Source of the DNA: Octopus sinensis
Taxonomy: Eukaryota
Direction: 5' to 3'
NCBI RefSeq assembly: GCF_006345805.1
Contig: NC_043000.1
Coordinates: forward strand, 18,600,001-18,664,000
Length of the DNA: 64,000 bases
Part shown: one piece after another, positions 62,810 through 64,000 of the stretch
How the letters are laid out: each line of letters opens with the position of its first letter
Numbering within the stretch: the first letter of the stretch is position 1
Translations under genes and position numbers: made by a program
The notes under the pieces: generated by a model
Seen by the model: only the letters and a program-made list of their open reading frames with translations
Told to the model about the DNA's origin: nothing
Database searches by the model: none

Positions 62810-64000
62810 AACCCCTTTAAAGGAGTAGATGGAGCTCCTAGGTTTAACAAAACCGTGGGGAAGGCAATCTGTTTAGGAGAAGGTAACTCCGAATTCAAAT
62901 CCTTCACTGCTGGCTGGCAGTTAGCCTTTGGTTGGGCAAAGACTGGGAGAAGGACACTCTGATATAAAACGACTGGAGAGGTTAAACTTCGGGATGATAA
63001 AGCATGCAACCTCCATAATCACCCAGTCATCTTGCTTTGGTTTGTCACTGGATATCAGATTTTGGGGGAGGAATGGGTGCTATACATGTCATACAAGTGT
63101 GTGGCATTGATATTTAAATGTACAGATATCTCTTCAAGTCTCACGGCGATGGAATAGTGGCGACATGTGCAAGCTTAATGGCCTAGGAGCGCATAGCCAC
63201 GAATCTGCACGTGGGTGGCTCAGGGCCCATCTATCATTGCTGCGTTGTTGAAAGAACAGCAGCATGCTTCGGTGAGGTCGAGAGCGTCTGAGCAGCCCTC
63301 TCTAGGGTAGCACTGCTCACCCGGAAATCTGGGAAAGGTCTAGAAAACAAATTCCTGTTCTACGATCAATCTGGTCAGCAACCTGCAGTTGGCGGCTGTT
63401 CACTACAGCAGAAAGAATACAAAGCGAAAACATGCAAGCATGAAATATAGATTATGGATAGGTGTATGGAATGTCAGGACACTTCTTGATCATGAAGGGT
63501 CAAGTAACCTTGAATGGTGAACTGGCATAATAGCCAAGGAGTTGGCTTGGTATAACATCGACATTGCTGCACTCTCTGAAACTCGGTTGAGTGATGAAGA
63601 TCAGTTGACTGACACAGGTGCCGGAAGGGTAAACCAGAGGTTGAAAAACAAGTAGTGGGTGTTGGCTTTGCCATTCCTACCGAGTTAACCCACAAAGTAG
63701 AACAACCTAATGGTTCCAGTGATAGGATTATGTATCTTTGAGCTCCTCTATCATACAATTGTTTTATGACTGTTATTTCTGTTTATGCTCCTACTCTTGA
63801 TAGCAACAGTGAATCTATTATGGCTTTTTATGAAGATCACATATCGGTTATGATTTCGATTTCAAATGCAGATAAGATCTTCCTTCTTGGCGATTTCAAC
63901 ACTCGTATTGGATGCGATTATGAGACCTGGGATGCACTAGGGAGACATGGTTTGGGTAAAATGAACGCTAATGGTCTCCATCTTCTTCAGCTTTGCACTG
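62810..64000 (+). mobile_element. RTE-clade (BovB-like) LINE 5' end, running off the window
   Basis: RTE-like 5' UTR (ggcaatctgtttaggagaaggtaactccgaattcaaa) followed by an APE domain. Confidence 0.8.
63440..64000 (+). pseudogene. APE endonuclease of RTE LINE, with stops and frameshift
   Basis: IGVWNVRTL..IDIAALSETRL..GVGFAI..SDRIM..TVISVYAPT..FY..IFLLGDFNTRIG..LGRHGLGKMNANGLHLLQLC. Confidence 0.9.

Noticed and set aside
59915-62828. Very long ORFs (425-949 aa; MYVC.. / HTYI..)
   Set aside because: Translations of the (TATG)n satellite, which lacks stop codons; the same applies to ORFs at 27250, 42748, 46489 and 53612.

Overview
AT-rich, repeat-dominated eukaryotic DNA. The SINE/LINE families and the dense (TA)n/(TATG)n/(GATA)n microsatellites resemble an octopus (coleoid cephalopod) genome; this is an inference from recalled repeat families, not a database result. 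No complete protein-coding gene could be read. Most of the window is transposable elements. There are three abundant tRNA-derived SINE families (my labels SINE-A, -B, -C) with head/tail-swapped variants, and many 3'-tail copies of an RTE LINE (family D). Decayed LINEs of the RTE, CR1 and R4/Dong (RLE-endonuclease) clades are present, along with decayed mariner, maT(DD37D)-like, Tc1 and Merlin transposase fragments, piggyBac-type MITEs and a cluster of non-autonomous Helitrons. Almost all listed ORFs are SINE or microsatellite artefacts. The unique-sequence islands contain a compact TATA/CCAAT/E-box promoter followed by several short upstream ORFs and a spliced exon (about 49.9-51.0 kb), a CpG-rich region with an inverted-repeat duplication (about 21-22.6 kb), and several candidate micro-exons. 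The most notable signals are a degenerate type I hammerhead-ribozyme fold inside a Penelope-like hairpin (34.7 kb), 184-bp tandem SINE arrays sharing one junction at five loci, modular SINE head/tail swapping, and a seamless head-to-tail Helitron dimer.
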